NCBI GenBank assembly: GCA_030593295.1
Contig: JAUVHO010000003.1
Span: 22,164 to 86,163 of the forward strand
Direction: 5' to 3'
From: Methanomassiliicoccales archaeon
GTDB lineage: Archaea; Thermoplasmatota; Thermoplasmata; RBG-16-68-12; SOIM01
Length of the DNA stretch: 64,000 nucleotides
Shown here: positions 1 through 9,336 of the stretch, in pieces
Layout of the letters: each line of letters starts with the position of its first letter
How positions within the stretch are numbered: the stretch's first letter is position 1
Made by a program: the position numbers and the translations under genes
Notes under the pieces: model-generated
The model's database searches: none
The model's input: the letters and a program-made list of their open reading frames with translations, nothing else
Told to the model about the DNA's origin: nothing

Positions 1-1
1 G

Positions 2-265
2 CAGTACAAGGAGACCATTGTCCCCATCATGAAATCCCAGCGTGAGACGATAATCATTCTCAATCAGTTCGCCAAGGAGATGGACCTCAACCCGATAGCA
101 ACGGTCGACCCTGACTCGATCGGCCTATCCAAGGAGCAGATAGAGAAGTGGGACAGGATATCGAGCGATGGCCGGTTCGAACGAGAGGACTATCCGGAGG
201 AGCTCAGGGACACCGTGTGGGATGAAGAGGTCTCCTTAGAGAAGATCAAGAACGGCCACAAGTGA
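2..265 (+). CDS. 3' end of a hypothetical protein gene entering from upstream of the window
   Basis: The frame is open from nt 2 (QYKETIVPI precedes the first Met at 29). Acidic C-terminus, no recognisable motif. Confidence 0.4.
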   Translation, partial: QYKETIVPIMKSQRETIIILNQFAKEMDLNPIATVDPDSIGLSKEQIEKWDRISSDGRFEREDYPEELRDTVWDEEVSLEKIKNGHK

Positions 266-325
266 TCATCCCCCATCCAAGTATAGACGATAGTATTTTT
301 TGGAACCTTCTCATACAGCATTCCT

Positions 326-1189
326 GTGAAAGCAGTCATTCCCGCTGCGGGTTTGGGTACCAGGTTTCTGCCGGCGACCAAGGCTCAGCCGAAAGAGATG
401 TTGCCGGTCGTGGACAAGCCCGCCATCCAGTACGTCGTGGAGGAAGCCGCCAATTCGGGTTACACCGAGATACTCATAATCACCGGAAGGGGCAAGAGGG
501 CCATAGAGGACCACTTTGACAAGAACATAGAGCTCGAGGAGTATCTAATCAAGAAGAACAGGAAGGAAGCCCTGGCAGAGATGAAGCGGATCTGGGAGAT
601 GGCCGAGATATTCTACGTCCGTCAGAAGGAGCCGTTGGGTCTAGGCCACGCTGTTCTGTGCTCACGGAAGTACGTCGGGAATGAGCCTTTTGGGGTCCTG
701 CTGGGTGATGACATCATCATTAGCAAGGTGCCATGCATCCAGCAATTGACGCAGGTCTTCAATGAGTTCAACAGCTCCGTTTTGGCGGTGGAGAGGGTCC
801 CCAAGGAGAAGATGGGTCTGTACGCCATGGTGGTTGGGAAGAAGGTTCGTGATGGGCTCTACAAGATCGAGGACATAGTGGAGAAACCTCCACAGGAGGA
901 TGTTGTCTCGGATATGGGCACTCTGGGAAGATATGTGTTCAACCCCACCATATTCAATCATCTGGAAAGAACTGAACCTGGCTACGGAGGGGAGATCCAG
1001 CTCACGGATGCTATCAGATCACTGCTTTCTGAAGAGGATGTGTATGCCTTGGAATTCCAGGGAAAGCGACACGACGTTGGGGACAAGATGGGCTGGCTTA
1101 AGGCGACCATCGAGATTGCCATGGCCAGGGACGAGTACAGGGATGAGCTTACCGGTTTTCTGAAAGAGATTGCTCATGAGGGAACCTGA
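326..1189 (+). CDS. galU: UTP--glucose-1-phosphate uridylyltransferase
   Basis: N-terminal signature 'KAVIPAAGLGTRFLPATKAQPKEMLPVVDKPAIQYVVEEA' and '...IEDHFD' are typical of GalU. GTG start. The stop overlaps the next start (ATGA). Confidence 0.92.
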   Translation: MKAVIPAAGLGTRFLPATKAQPKEMLPVVDKPAIQYVVEEAANSGYTEILIITGRGKRAIEDHFDKNIELEEYLIKKNRKEALAEMKRIWEMAEIFYVRQKEPLGLGHAVLCSRKYVGNEPFGVLLGDDIIISKVPCIQQLTQVFNEFNSSVLAVERVPKEKMGLYAMVVGKKVRDGLYKIEDIVEKPPQEDVVSDMGTLGRYVFNPTIFNHLERTEPGYGGEIQLTDAIRSLLSEEDVYALEFQGKRHDVGDKMGWLKATIEIAMARDEYRDELTGFLKEIAHEGT

Positions 1190-1635
1190 TGGAGAAAAGG
1201 AAGCCTTCGAAGAAGGCGAGAAACAGGTTCAGATCCACCGTCTTCCTACTGCCGGCCATGCTGGGACCTTTCTCCAAGATGAGGGTCTTCTTTCATAGGC
1301 TCAGAGGGGTGAACATCGGAGAGAACGTCGAGATCGGATACTATGTTCTGATAGACAATCTATATCCCGAGAGGGTCACCATCGAGGACGATGCCACCAT
1401 TGCGGCAAGGTCAACCGTGTTGGCCCATGACGAGTCAGCGTTGTACACTGGGACAGGCGAAGAATTGATCGAGAACACCAGGATATGCCAGAACGCCTTC
1501 ATAGGCGTCCATTCAGTCATTCTCCACGGGGTCACCATTGGCAGGAATTCCATAGTGGGAGCGGGATCAGTAGTAACCTCAGATGTTCCAGATAATTCGA
1601 AAGTCGCTGGCGTGCCAGCAAGGCCTCTGAAGTAG
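1189..1635 (+). CDS. Left-handed beta-helix (hexapeptide repeat) acetyltransferase
   Basis: Hexapeptide repeats 'IGENVEIGYYVLI', 'IGVHSVILHGVTIGRNSIVGAGSVVTSDVPDNSKVAGVPARP'. Translationally coupled to galU. Ends in TAG. Confidence 0.8.
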   Translation: MEKRKPSKKARNRFRSTVFLLPAMLGPFSKMRVFFHRLRGVNIGENVEIGYYVLIDNLYPERVTIEDDATIAARSTVLAHDESALYTGTGEELIENTRICQNAFIGVHSVILHGVTIGRNSIVGAGSVVTSDVPDNSKVAGVPARPLK

Positions 1636-1636
1636 A

Positions 1637-2488
1637 TCAGTGGGACATTATGTACCCGTAGTAGCCTCTCTGGGCTCCTATGTACCCCACCAGATACGTC
1701 CATCCCATGCTCATGTTTCCGTTAAAGAAATTGTTCTTCGAGTCCCTCAACTGTGTTCTCAGGAAGGTCCTTTTGAAGTAATGCTTGGCCTCCGCTGAAT
1801 AGCGATGTTTGGCAAAGAACGCACCGATACCAATCCTGTAACCCAGCATCATCGTCCGCACCTGGCTTCTTGTGTCCAGCGGTTCATGCTTGATAACCGC
1901 CTGTGGCGCATATACGATGTCATAACCTGCCCCTATCACACGCTGGAACACGTCGATGTCCTCCGCGCCTCGGTACCTTTTTCCGGGACCCAGTTCTTCA
2001 TCGAAGAGGCCGATCTTTGTTATCACATCCTTTCTCAGTGAGATGTTGTTCCCGGCTCCCATCTCCCAAGGCGGAACGAATCCATCGCTTTTCTTGAACA
2101 CCCTTCTCTCCGGGTGCCAACTAGTGGAAGCATACCAAAGACCCTGGCGGGTTGGCACCGAACCTCCAGTGACACATCCCACACCCTCCTCCTTGAACTC
2201 CTCCACAAGCTTCTCCACCCAGTCAGGCTCGCAAATGCAATCGTCGTCGGTCAGGGCCACGATCTCATGCTTCGCGGTCCTTATCCCCACGTTCTTGGCT
2301 ATCGAGACACCACGCCTCTTCTCGACCAGCACCTGGGCGGTCGGTTGAACCTCTTCGGGAAGGGACTCGACACTGGACACGCAGATTACCTCAAGGTCCT
2401 CATACGTCTGTTCGGACAAGGACTCAATGCATTTGACCAAGAGGTCGGATTTCTCCCCTGTTGTACATACGATGACGCTGCAACCCAT
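1637..2488 (-). CDS. Glycosyltransferase family 2
   Basis: 'CSVIVCTTGEKSDLLVKCIESLSEQTY', 'ALTDDDCICEPDW' (DxD), GT-A fold pattern. Confidence 0.85.
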   Translation of the reverse strand: MGCSVIVCTTGEKSDLLVKCIESLSEQTYEDLEVICVSSVESLPEEVQPTAQVLVEKRRGVSIAKNVGIRTAKHEIVALTDDDCICEPDWVEKLVEEFKEEGVGCVTGGSVPTRQGLWYASTSWHPERRVFKKSDGFVPPWEMGAGNNISLRKDVITKIGLFDEELGPGKRYRGAEDIDVFQRVIGAGYDIVYAPQAVIKHEPLDTRSQVRTMMLGYRIGIGAFFAKHRYSAEAKHYFKRTFLRTQLRDSKNNFFNGNMSMGWTYLVGYIGAQRGYYGYIMSH

Positions 2489-2494
2489 TCTGAA

Positions 2495-3262
2495 TCATCC
2501 TTTGAGTGTTCTCTTCATCTCCCTTCCAAACCTCTTGATGTTCTCCTTTCTAGTTAGTTTTGGATAGTTGCTGAACCAGTCAGTCCTCATCTCCCCCAGC
2601 CCTAGGTCTATCGTGTTCTCCTTGGCGGTCTTCTCTAGGTCCAGTTCTCTTATCTTGGTGGTCTTTAGCAGGTCGTACTCCTTCCTGAGAAGCCTGGTGA
2701 TGCGTTCCCTCTTGTTGTATCGCGTGGACAAGAAGTCATACGTTCCGCCCACCTCCTTCACATTGTCCCCCATCAGAACAGGATACCATCTCATCTTTCC
2801 GAGTTGCCATATCCTGATCCACATGTCCACGTCCTCAAAGGCGTTCATGCTTCGCCTGCCTCCTATCTGCTCCCATATCGGCCTTGGAAACACACCTAGG
2901 AACATCGCTTGAATGGCAACGTCCGTGTACTTCTCCAAGTATATCTTCAAGAACTCCTGGCTCGTGGGGAAGTAGACCGTATCTGTGTCCAGGACCAGAA
3001 TGTAGTCCCCGATGCTGTGACCGAATGAAATCTGCCTCCCCTCGCCCATGGTGCATTTCTTGGATAGGACCTTCATATTGGAGTGCTGGCCCTCCCATTT
3101 TTTAAGTATCTCCAGGCTCCCGTCCTTGGACTTGTTGTCAACGACTATGTACTCAAAATCGAACTCCTTGAGGTGTGTGAACACTGACTCCAGGTGCCTG
3201 TCCAACGCGTGAGCGCATTGGTAGTTCGTGGTGCAGATGCTGAATTGCATCGGATGTTCCAT
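2495..3262 (-). CDS. Glycosyltransferase family 2-like
   Basis: 'FSICTTNYQCAHALDRHLESV...YIVVDNKSKDGS...LVLDTDTVY' (GT-A, DxD). 6-nt spacing to the downstream GT2. Confidence 0.72.
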   Translation of the reverse strand: MEHPMQFSICTTNYQCAHALDRHLESVFTHLKEFDFEYIVVDNKSKDGSLEILKKWEGQHSNMKVLSKKCTMGEGRQISFGHSIGDYILVLDTDTVYFPTSQEFLKIYLEKYTDVAIQAMFLGVFPRPIWEQIGGRRSMNAFEDVDMWIRIWQLGKMRWYPVLMGDNVKEVGGTYDFLSTRYNKRERITRLLRKEYDLLKTTKIRELDLEKTAKENTIDLGLGEMRTDWFSNYPKLTRKENIKRFGREMKRTLKG

Positions 3263-3290
3263 ATTGACCCACTATATTAAAATTGGCAAC

Positions 3291-4742
3291 TCATTGTGCC
3301 CGAGTTCTGGCCAGCAGTCTTCTGAATTCTCTCCAGTAGTACTTGATCTTCTCCCCATCATAACCGTAGATCACGACCATGTAGACCACGGCTCCCACAG
3401 CCAGTGTGACAGCGAAAGGCGCCAGCCCCAATCCCAGTACCGATTTGGTGATAATCATGGAGATGAACATGAGCACCGAAGCGAACAGCGGGCCTCGGAA
3501 CGTGTCCCCAATATCATGGAACGTAACATCCAGGTTCTTCGTCACGAACCACCACAGGATGACCATGTGGGTGAAGTACACCGCTACTATGAGGAAGGAG
3601 ATCCCTGCGATTCCGTATTCCACGGTGGCCGTGTAGATGAATATCAAGATTAGGATGAGGCTCAGCAGGTTGGTCATGGACAGGACCTTGCTCTTCCCCA
3701 CCGCCAGGAAGACATTCCCGGCCGGTTCCGTCATCGTTCTCATCAGCCCGAAGAAGCACAGGATCTGAAGGGAGAGGACAGCCGGCATCCACTGCGAACC
3801 CAGTAGCAATTCAACGAACTCCGGAGCAACGACTATGAGTGCAAAATAGAGCGGAAATGCCATGAGGGAAAGGACGTCAAGCGTTTCCAGGTATCCCCTC
3901 TTCAACCTGCCAGGTTCCTCTTGAATCTGGGAATAGGTCGGGAACATGACCTTGTATACAAGTTTGGTGAGGAAATTGGCGAAGTAGGAAGACCATCTGT
4001 ATGCGATGTAGTAGTATCCCAGAACCGTAAGGCCGAGGAATGCGCCCACGAAAGCGTCATCGAGATGGAATATGAGGAAGACAAGGAAGAGCATCAGAAA
4101 AACATGCTTCCCGTAGGTGAAGAGCTCCTTGGCGATCCTTCTGTCTATGCGGAACCTCGCCTTCCAGGGGCAAACGATGTATAGCGCGATCAGCCCTATC
4201 GATGTCCCGATTATCGGTCCTATGATCATGGCCCAGTATGTTCGTGTGAACCAAGCGATTGCTATCGACGAAGAAGCGGATACCAAAGAGATGACGACCA
4301 TCACGATTCCTAGCTTTCCGAACTTGAGCTCTTTCGTCAGTCTGGTCGTGGACACGAACCCCGCCGAGGTGAGGAAGAACATCACCGCGGAAACCCTGAT
4401 CACCATGACAACCTCGTCCGACTTGAAGATCCAGGCCGCCACATCCGCCGTCAGGAATGCGACGATGAAGAGCGCCAGTGCGATGAGTATCCTTATCGCT
4501 CCCCCGGTGTAAAGCGCCTCTTCGGTGTCCTTCTGCCTTTGAATGACCGCAGGTCCCAATCCGAAATCACTGAACTGGCCAATGATTCCCAACATGAATC
4601 CGGCAATACCGACTATTCCGAAATCATAAGGCGTCAGCAAGTTTGCCAGGACTATCAGCGTAATTGCATTGACCGCGCTCGCGAAAACCTGAAGAACGGC
4701 GACGATACCTATGTTCCTGGCAGTCCTATCTCTGAGAGACAT
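3291..4742 (-). CDS. Wzx-like oligo/polysaccharide flippase (MOP superfamily)
   Basis: 483 aa, about 12-14 hydrophobic helices. N-terminus 'NIGIVAVLQVFASAVNAITLIVLANLLTPYDFGIVG' is typical of polysaccharide biosynthesis/flippase proteins. Confidence 0.78.
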   Translation of the reverse strand: MSLRDRTARNIGIVAVLQVFASAVNAITLIVLANLLTPYDFGIVGIAGFMLGIIGQFSDFGLGPAVIQRQKDTEEALYTGGAIRILIALALFIVAFLTADVAAWIFKSDEVVMVIRVSAVMFFLTSAGFVSTTRLTKELKFGKLGIVMVVISLVSASSSIAIAWFTRTYWAMIIGPIIGTSIGLIALYIVCPWKARFRIDRRIAKELFTYGKHVFLMLFLVFLIFHLDDAFVGAFLGLTVLGYYYIAYRWSSYFANFLTKLVYKVMFPTYSQIQEEPGRLKRGYLETLDVLSLMAFPLYFALIVVAPEFVELLLGSQWMPAVLSLQILCFFGLMRTMTEPAGNVFLAVGKSKVLSMTNLLSLILILIFIYTATVEYGIAGISFLIVAVYFTHMVILWWFVTKNLDVTFHDIGDTFRGPLFASVLMFISMIITKSVLGLGLAPFAVTLAVGAVVYMVVIYGYDGEKIKYYWREFRRLLARTRAQ

Positions 4743-4819
4743 TCGGCGTAGAAAATGGCTGTTGTATATAATAGGCTTGGTCTACCCCGTTATTTAATGA
4801 GAATAGGGTAAGTATGCCT

Positions 4820-5809
4820 CTACCCAGAAAGAACTTCGTCCAGGATTTCATGCAGCTTTCTTTCTCTGATCTCGAAGCTGAAGTTCTCCTGAACTCTCTT
4901 TCGGCAGATCTCTTGGTTTCTTGAGTCCATGGCTTTTCTGAAAGCCTCTACGGTGTCGTCAACATCACCGTAGTTCGCATAGAATCCAGTATCTCCCACA
5001 ACTTCTGGCAGAGCGGACCTCTCCGTGACTACTGGAATGCAGCCGCACGACATGGCTTCTGCGACAGCCACCCCAAACGACTCGTGGTAGGAAATCTGTG
5101 CATACACCCCTGCTCTCTGATAGAGTGAGAGAAGTTCTGCATCTGGGATGCGGCCCGTGATGGTAACGTTGTTCGGCGCCGATTCCCGAAGCTTCTTGTC
5201 CCATTCAGGGGAGTTCTCGCCGACTATCGCAAATTCAATCTCTGGCATCCTGGCAGCAGCCTTCAGGAGCGTATCTATGCCTTTCTTCTTGTACCGAGTG
5301 AGGTTGTCAATCGCCCCGACCGTAACAACTAAGTTCTGCTTGTTCCCCTTCGGAATGAATCTACTCGTGTCCACTGCATTGTAGACAACATCTACATCGC
5401 GATCCACCCATTGAAGAACCTCTCTTTTGGTGGATTCAGAGACGGCAATCACCCTGTCCGCTTTCCTGAGGGCGAATGAGGTCTTCCTGATCCGGTTCTC
5501 ACTCTTCATCGCTCCATAGTCAACATCTGGAAGATAGATTACGTCCCAGCCCCCAGCGATGACGATTGATTTCTTCCGGAGGATTCTGGACAGGAGGACG
5601 GATGTTGTTGCGTATCCAAGTGCGAACCAACAATACACGATCTTGGATCTCAGGAGAGCTCCTCCTAGGGATAGCAGATTGCGCTTTCCATTATACTGAA
5701 AAGGACGGACCCTGCATTTTCTTCGAAGGATCTCAATGTCGTTGACAACGAAGGTGGCTGGATTGCAGTAGACTACCAAGGCCTTACAGGGTGTTGATTG
5801 GGAGGTCAT
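4820..5809 (-). CDS. Glycosyltransferase family 4 (GT-B)
   Basis: C-terminal 'ESFGVAVAEAMSCGCIPVVTERSALPEVVGD' (E-x7-E motif). 4-nt overlap with the upstream GT4. Confidence 0.85.
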   Translation of the reverse strand: MTSQSTPCKALVVYCNPATFVVNDIEILRRKCRVRPFQYNGKRNLLSLGGALLRSKIVYCWFALGYATTSVLLSRILRKKSIVIAGGWDVIYLPDVDYGAMKSENRIRKTSFALRKADRVIAVSESTKREVLQWVDRDVDVVYNAVDTSRFIPKGNKQNLVVTVGAIDNLTRYKKKGIDTLLKAAARMPEIEFAIVGENSPEWDKKLRESAPNNVTITGRIPDAELLSLYQRAGVYAQISYHESFGVAVAEAMSCGCIPVVTERSALPEVVGDTGFYANYGDVDDTVEAFRKAMDSRNQEICRKRVQENFSFEIRERKLHEILDEVLSG

Positions 5810-6960
5810 TTGACGACTCCCTGCAAGACATTAGTGACCCTTTCTGCAACGACCTTCCAGCTATACTCCTCCTCGACGATCTTCCTTCCACGCTGACCCA
5901 TTGAGTCCATGAGTTCTTGGTCGGAGAGAAGTTCCACACTCTTGGTCGCCAGCTCCTCGACGTTATCTGGTTCGAACAATAATCCTGCACCGTCCTCCAA
6001 TACCTGAAAGCCCTCTACTCTGGATGCGATTACAGGCCTTCCACATGCCATGTATTCGTAGAGCTTGAGTGGTGAGTATCCGGAGCCAAGCACCTTCTTT
6101 GGAGCAAGGCAGACCTCACTAGCGCCTATATACAAGGGGACTCTGTCGTACGGAACGAACCCGGTAAAACGAATGACTTCAGTTAGGCCAAGGTTCTCTG
6201 CGAGCTTCTCAAGCTCATCTCTTTGAGGACCATCGCCCACGATAAGGAGTTCAGAGTCGGGGATCGCTTCGAGTACACTCGGGATAGCCTTGATGATATC
6301 ATCAACGCCCTGCCAGGGAATGAGGTTGCCGACAAAGAGGAGGTACTTCCCATCTTTCTTCAGATTGAGCTCCCTGCGGCAGAGGTCCTTGTCCATTGGC
6401 TTGAAAAGCTCTGTATTTGCTCCATTGTGGACAACAACCATCTTCTCCAAAGGGATTCCGTATCGTTCATTAAGGCCAGTCTTGATCCCCTTCGTCACAG
6501 CTACAATCTTCTCCGCCCTGGAGAAGAACCTCTTTCTAAGTGTTCTCCTGGTTCTCCCGGATACCTTTTTTGCCTGCTTAGTCTTGCCAATCGTTTCTAG
6601 TTCTTCATCTACCAGGCCATTTATCTCAATCACGAGCGGCAACTTGTGGATGGCGCCTAGAGTTGCGCCAATCTTTGCAGAGAACCTTCTCTCGTAGATC
6701 ACGTCTGGTCTGAAGTTCCTTATCAGTCGAGAACAGAACCTGAGAATGGACATGCCTTGTCTGCGTTTTGGCACATGTATGGATATACCGTCATTCTCTT
6801 CAAGAGCGGGAACCCCGCCCTTCAAGTCTTCAGGAAGGTATCCAACCAGTGCCAGTGTGTTGCCGATGCCAGACAATGAATTCGCCAACTCTCGCACGTG
6901 AGAAGAGTCTCCCGTTTTTCCAGACAGGTCTACATCCAGTGCCAGAAACAGTATGCGCAC
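5806..6960 (-). CDS. Glycosyltransferase family 4 (GT-B)
   Basis: 'MRILFLALDVDLSGKTGDSSHVRELA...', 'LLFVGNLIPWQGVDDII', 'LYEYMACGRPVIASRVEG'. Confidence 0.88.
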   Translation of the reverse strand: MRILFLALDVDLSGKTGDSSHVRELANSLSGIGNTLALVGYLPEDLKGGVPALEENDGISIHVPKRRQGMSILRFCSRLIRNFRPDVIYERRFSAKIGATLGAIHKLPLVIEINGLVDEELETIGKTKQAKKVSGRTRRTLRKRFFSRAEKIVAVTKGIKTGLNERYGIPLEKMVVVHNGANTELFKPMDKDLCRRELNLKKDGKYLLFVGNLIPWQGVDDIIKAIPSVLEAIPDSELLIVGDGPQRDELEKLAENLGLTEVIRFTGFVPYDRVPLYIGASEVCLAPKKVLGSGYSPLKLYEYMACGRPVIASRVEGFQVLEDGAGLLFEPDNVEELATKSVELLSDQELMDSMGQRGRKIVEEEYSWKVVAERVTNVLQGVVK

Positions 6961-7106
6961 GAGACGAGAATTGAGTAGACTATTAATATATTCTCCCTCG
7001 TGAATTCCATCAAACCCAAATGCCCTGCGAGCTCGTCTGGCAACCAGTCGACCTTCAGATCAAGTTCTTGATTCCTCTTTCGTTAGCTTTAAAAGGTAGG
7101 GGAAGA

Positions 7107-8222
7107 ATGATATTGAGAATGAAGGTCTGTCTCGTCACCGCTTACTCTCCCAGAGAAATCACTGGCGTTGGAGAGGTTGTGACCACGATTGGAAGGGGCC
7201 TGCTCGATCGGGGACACGATTTCACTGTGTTGACGAAGTCTACTGAAGAAGGCGGTCCGGGCATTCCCCAGCTGACCGAGATCAGATACCGCGATGTACG
7301 GTTCTTCGGAGGTCTGCTGTTGGTCATCCGTGCATTGCTGTGGCTCTTCAGGGAAAGGAAGAACGTCGACGTCCTTCATCTCCATTCTGTGAGCTGGCTC
7401 ACCGCTTCGACTGCCGTACTCGGTGCAGTACTGGGTATTCCCCGGGTGATGACTCTTCATGGCAAGTTCCCATCTCTGTCCAACAGATTTCTCAATGCCG
7501 TTTTCAACCTGAGCCTTTGGCTGGTGGTCAGGTACTCCAATGTCGCCACCTGCGTCAGTGAGGACACAAGAGGGCACCACCGACTCCATTCAGCTCTCAT
7601 CATATACAATGGCATTGACGCATCGAAGTTCCATCATGATTCCGGAGAAAGACAGGCGAAGAGGGAGGAACTGGAACTTGAAGGTCGCTTCACCTTGCTG
7701 TTTGTTGGCAGGCTAGATATCAATAAGGGCATCCGGGAGTTGATCGAGGTCATTGGGAGCTTGGTCCCTGAACATCCTAACGTCGAGCTGCTGATCGTAG
7801 GTCCGGGGGATGAAGAACTCGTGAAAGAATGCCTTCAGGAACACTCACTCGACAAGCATGCCATCATGATTGGAGGCGTGGAAGACACTGTACCATATTA
7901 CCAGAGCGCCGACGCTTACGTCCTGTTCTCGGCATTCGAAGGCATCCCTCTGACCCTGTTAGAGGCAATGGCCTGCGGACTTCCATGTATCGCAACCTCC
8001 GTGGGCGGGATTCCCGAGGTTGTTGTGGATAACGTCAACGGATACTTGGTAACCCCAGGTGACACAGAAGGTCTTAGGCAGGCCGTGATTCGAGTTCTCG
8101 GAAATGAGGATGAGCCCCAAGAGGTGTCGAGCAAGGCAAGAACCACCATCGAGAACAGGTTCAGCTCCACCAAAATGGTTGAGAACTACTTGGGTGTCTA
8201 CGAGTCAGTGTTCAACGGTTAG
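7107..8222 (+). CDS. Glycosyltransferase family 4 (GT-B)
   Basis: 'EGIPLTLLEAMACGLPCIATSVGGIPEVV'. I prefer the ATG at 7107 (MILRMKVCLVTAY, preceded by GGTAGGGGA) over the track start at 7020. Confidence 0.85.
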   Translation: MILRMKVCLVTAYSPREITGVGEVVTTIGRGLLDRGHDFTVLTKSTEEGGPGIPQLTEIRYRDVRFFGGLLLVIRALLWLFRERKNVDVLHLHSVSWLTASTAVLGAVLGIPRVMTLHGKFPSLSNRFLNAVFNLSLWLVVRYSNVATCVSEDTRGHHRLHSALIIYNGIDASKFHHDSGERQAKREELELEGRFTLLFVGRLDINKGIRELIEVIGSLVPEHPNVELLIVGPGDEELVKECLQEHSLDKHAIMIGGVEDTVPYYQSADAYVLFSAFEGIPLTLLEAMACGLPCIATSVGGIPEVVVDNVNGYLVTPGDTEGLRQAVIRVLGNEDEPQEVSSKARTTIENRFSSTKMVENYLGVYESVFNG

Positions 8223-9294
8223 AATAGAGTTCGAGGAAACTTTTTGAGGCCCTATCCCAGGTGAATTCTGACCTTACACATTCCTTTGCTTGTTGTCCCA
8301 ACTGATTGGATTTGAGCCGATTGCCCAACAGATCCTCAATCGCTGATTGCACGGATTTCCTGTTGGGGTCAACCAGAATTCCATTCTCTCCATTCCTCAC
8401 GACCTCTGGTATACCTCCCACGTTGGCGGCAATAACAGGTTTCCCCATCGACATCGCCTCCAATATGGCTTGGGGCAAGCCTTCCTGCATTGTTATGTGG
8501 ACATAGACATCGCTGAGTGCAAGCGGAGCGAACACGTTGTCCACTAGACCAGTAATCGTAACGCTGTCAGATAGGTTCAGTTCCTCCACGACCTTCTCAA
8601 CTTCGCCTCTCCTCGAACCGTCCCCCACCAGGAGGAGCCTTAGATTCGGATAGCTCTTTCTGACCTCTGCCACGGCTTCTATCAATATCTTGACTCCTTG
8701 GACCTTGTCTAGCCACTCTAGCAGTCCTGTGAACACCAATATTGGGCCATCCTCATCCAAGCCATGTCTCATCTTGAATTCCTCAATCTCATCGGCACTA
8801 GCCGTTCCGGCTGAGAACCCCGGATGGATCACTCTCTCTTCCGATCGGATCCGAATCTGGCTTGACATCTTCTCCATCAAGGACCTGCTCACGTATGTCG
8901 CCGCGTCGCACCTATTGAGCAGTCTTCCGAAGATGTTGGCCCTTGCCCCCTTCATGGGATCTACGGGCTCGGTGTGGAAAGTGAAGATGACCTTCACATT
9001 CTTGTGAAACCTCTTGTACACTACAGCAGGAGCAAGCATATGCCAGTGCGAGTGACAGTGTATCACATCAGGACTTAGGTCCCTCAGACGCTGAAGCGCT
9101 TTCAGAATGAAGAGGCCCTTTCCCGTATCAAGAACTGAAACGTGTTCTGAAGTCTCTCCTTCACGAGTGATTACGTTGACCTCCGCCGAACCCTCGATTC
9201 CTGCAACGAGGCCTGACACAAATCGAGCAATCCCGCCCTTGCACGGCGGGAAATAAGGTGTGATTTGAACCACTCTCATTGCCACGACTCCCAA
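8212..9294 (-). CDS. Glycosyltransferase family 4 (GT-B)
   Basis: 'MRVVQITPYFPPCKGGIARF', 'EGLPQAILEAMSMGKPVIAANVGGIPEVV'. Its 3' end overlaps the convergent GT4 by 11 nt. Confidence 0.86.
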   Translation of the reverse strand: MGVVAMRVVQITPYFPPCKGGIARFVSGLVAGIEGSAEVNVITREGETSEHVSVLDTGKGLFILKALQRLRDLSPDVIHCHSHWHMLAPAVVYKRFHKNVKVIFTFHTEPVDPMKGARANIFGRLLNRCDAATYVSRSLMEKMSSQIRIRSEERVIHPGFSAGTASADEIEEFKMRHGLDEDGPILVFTGLLEWLDKVQGVKILIEAVAEVRKSYPNLRLLLVGDGSRRGEVEKVVEELNLSDSVTITGLVDNVFAPLALSDVYVHITMQEGLPQAILEAMSMGKPVIAANVGGIPEVVRNGENGILVDPNRKSVQSAIEDLLGNRLKSNQLGQQAKECVRSEFTWDRASKSFLELYSNR

Positions 9295-9336
9295 GTCTTC
9301 AATCAGATCGCTCCATCATCCAAGCTCCACCCAGGT

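Noticed and set aside
7020-7106. N-terminal extensions proposed by the ORF track (7020, 12184, 19804, 28754, 32366, 48422, 16428)
   Set aside because: In each case an internal ATG gives the family-typical N-terminus. Examples are MCGICG for AsnB, MRVSIVAP and MKVCLV for GT4, and MRVATP with a GGAGGAGG SD for protein D. The extension is either atypical in composition or overlaps the upstream gene.
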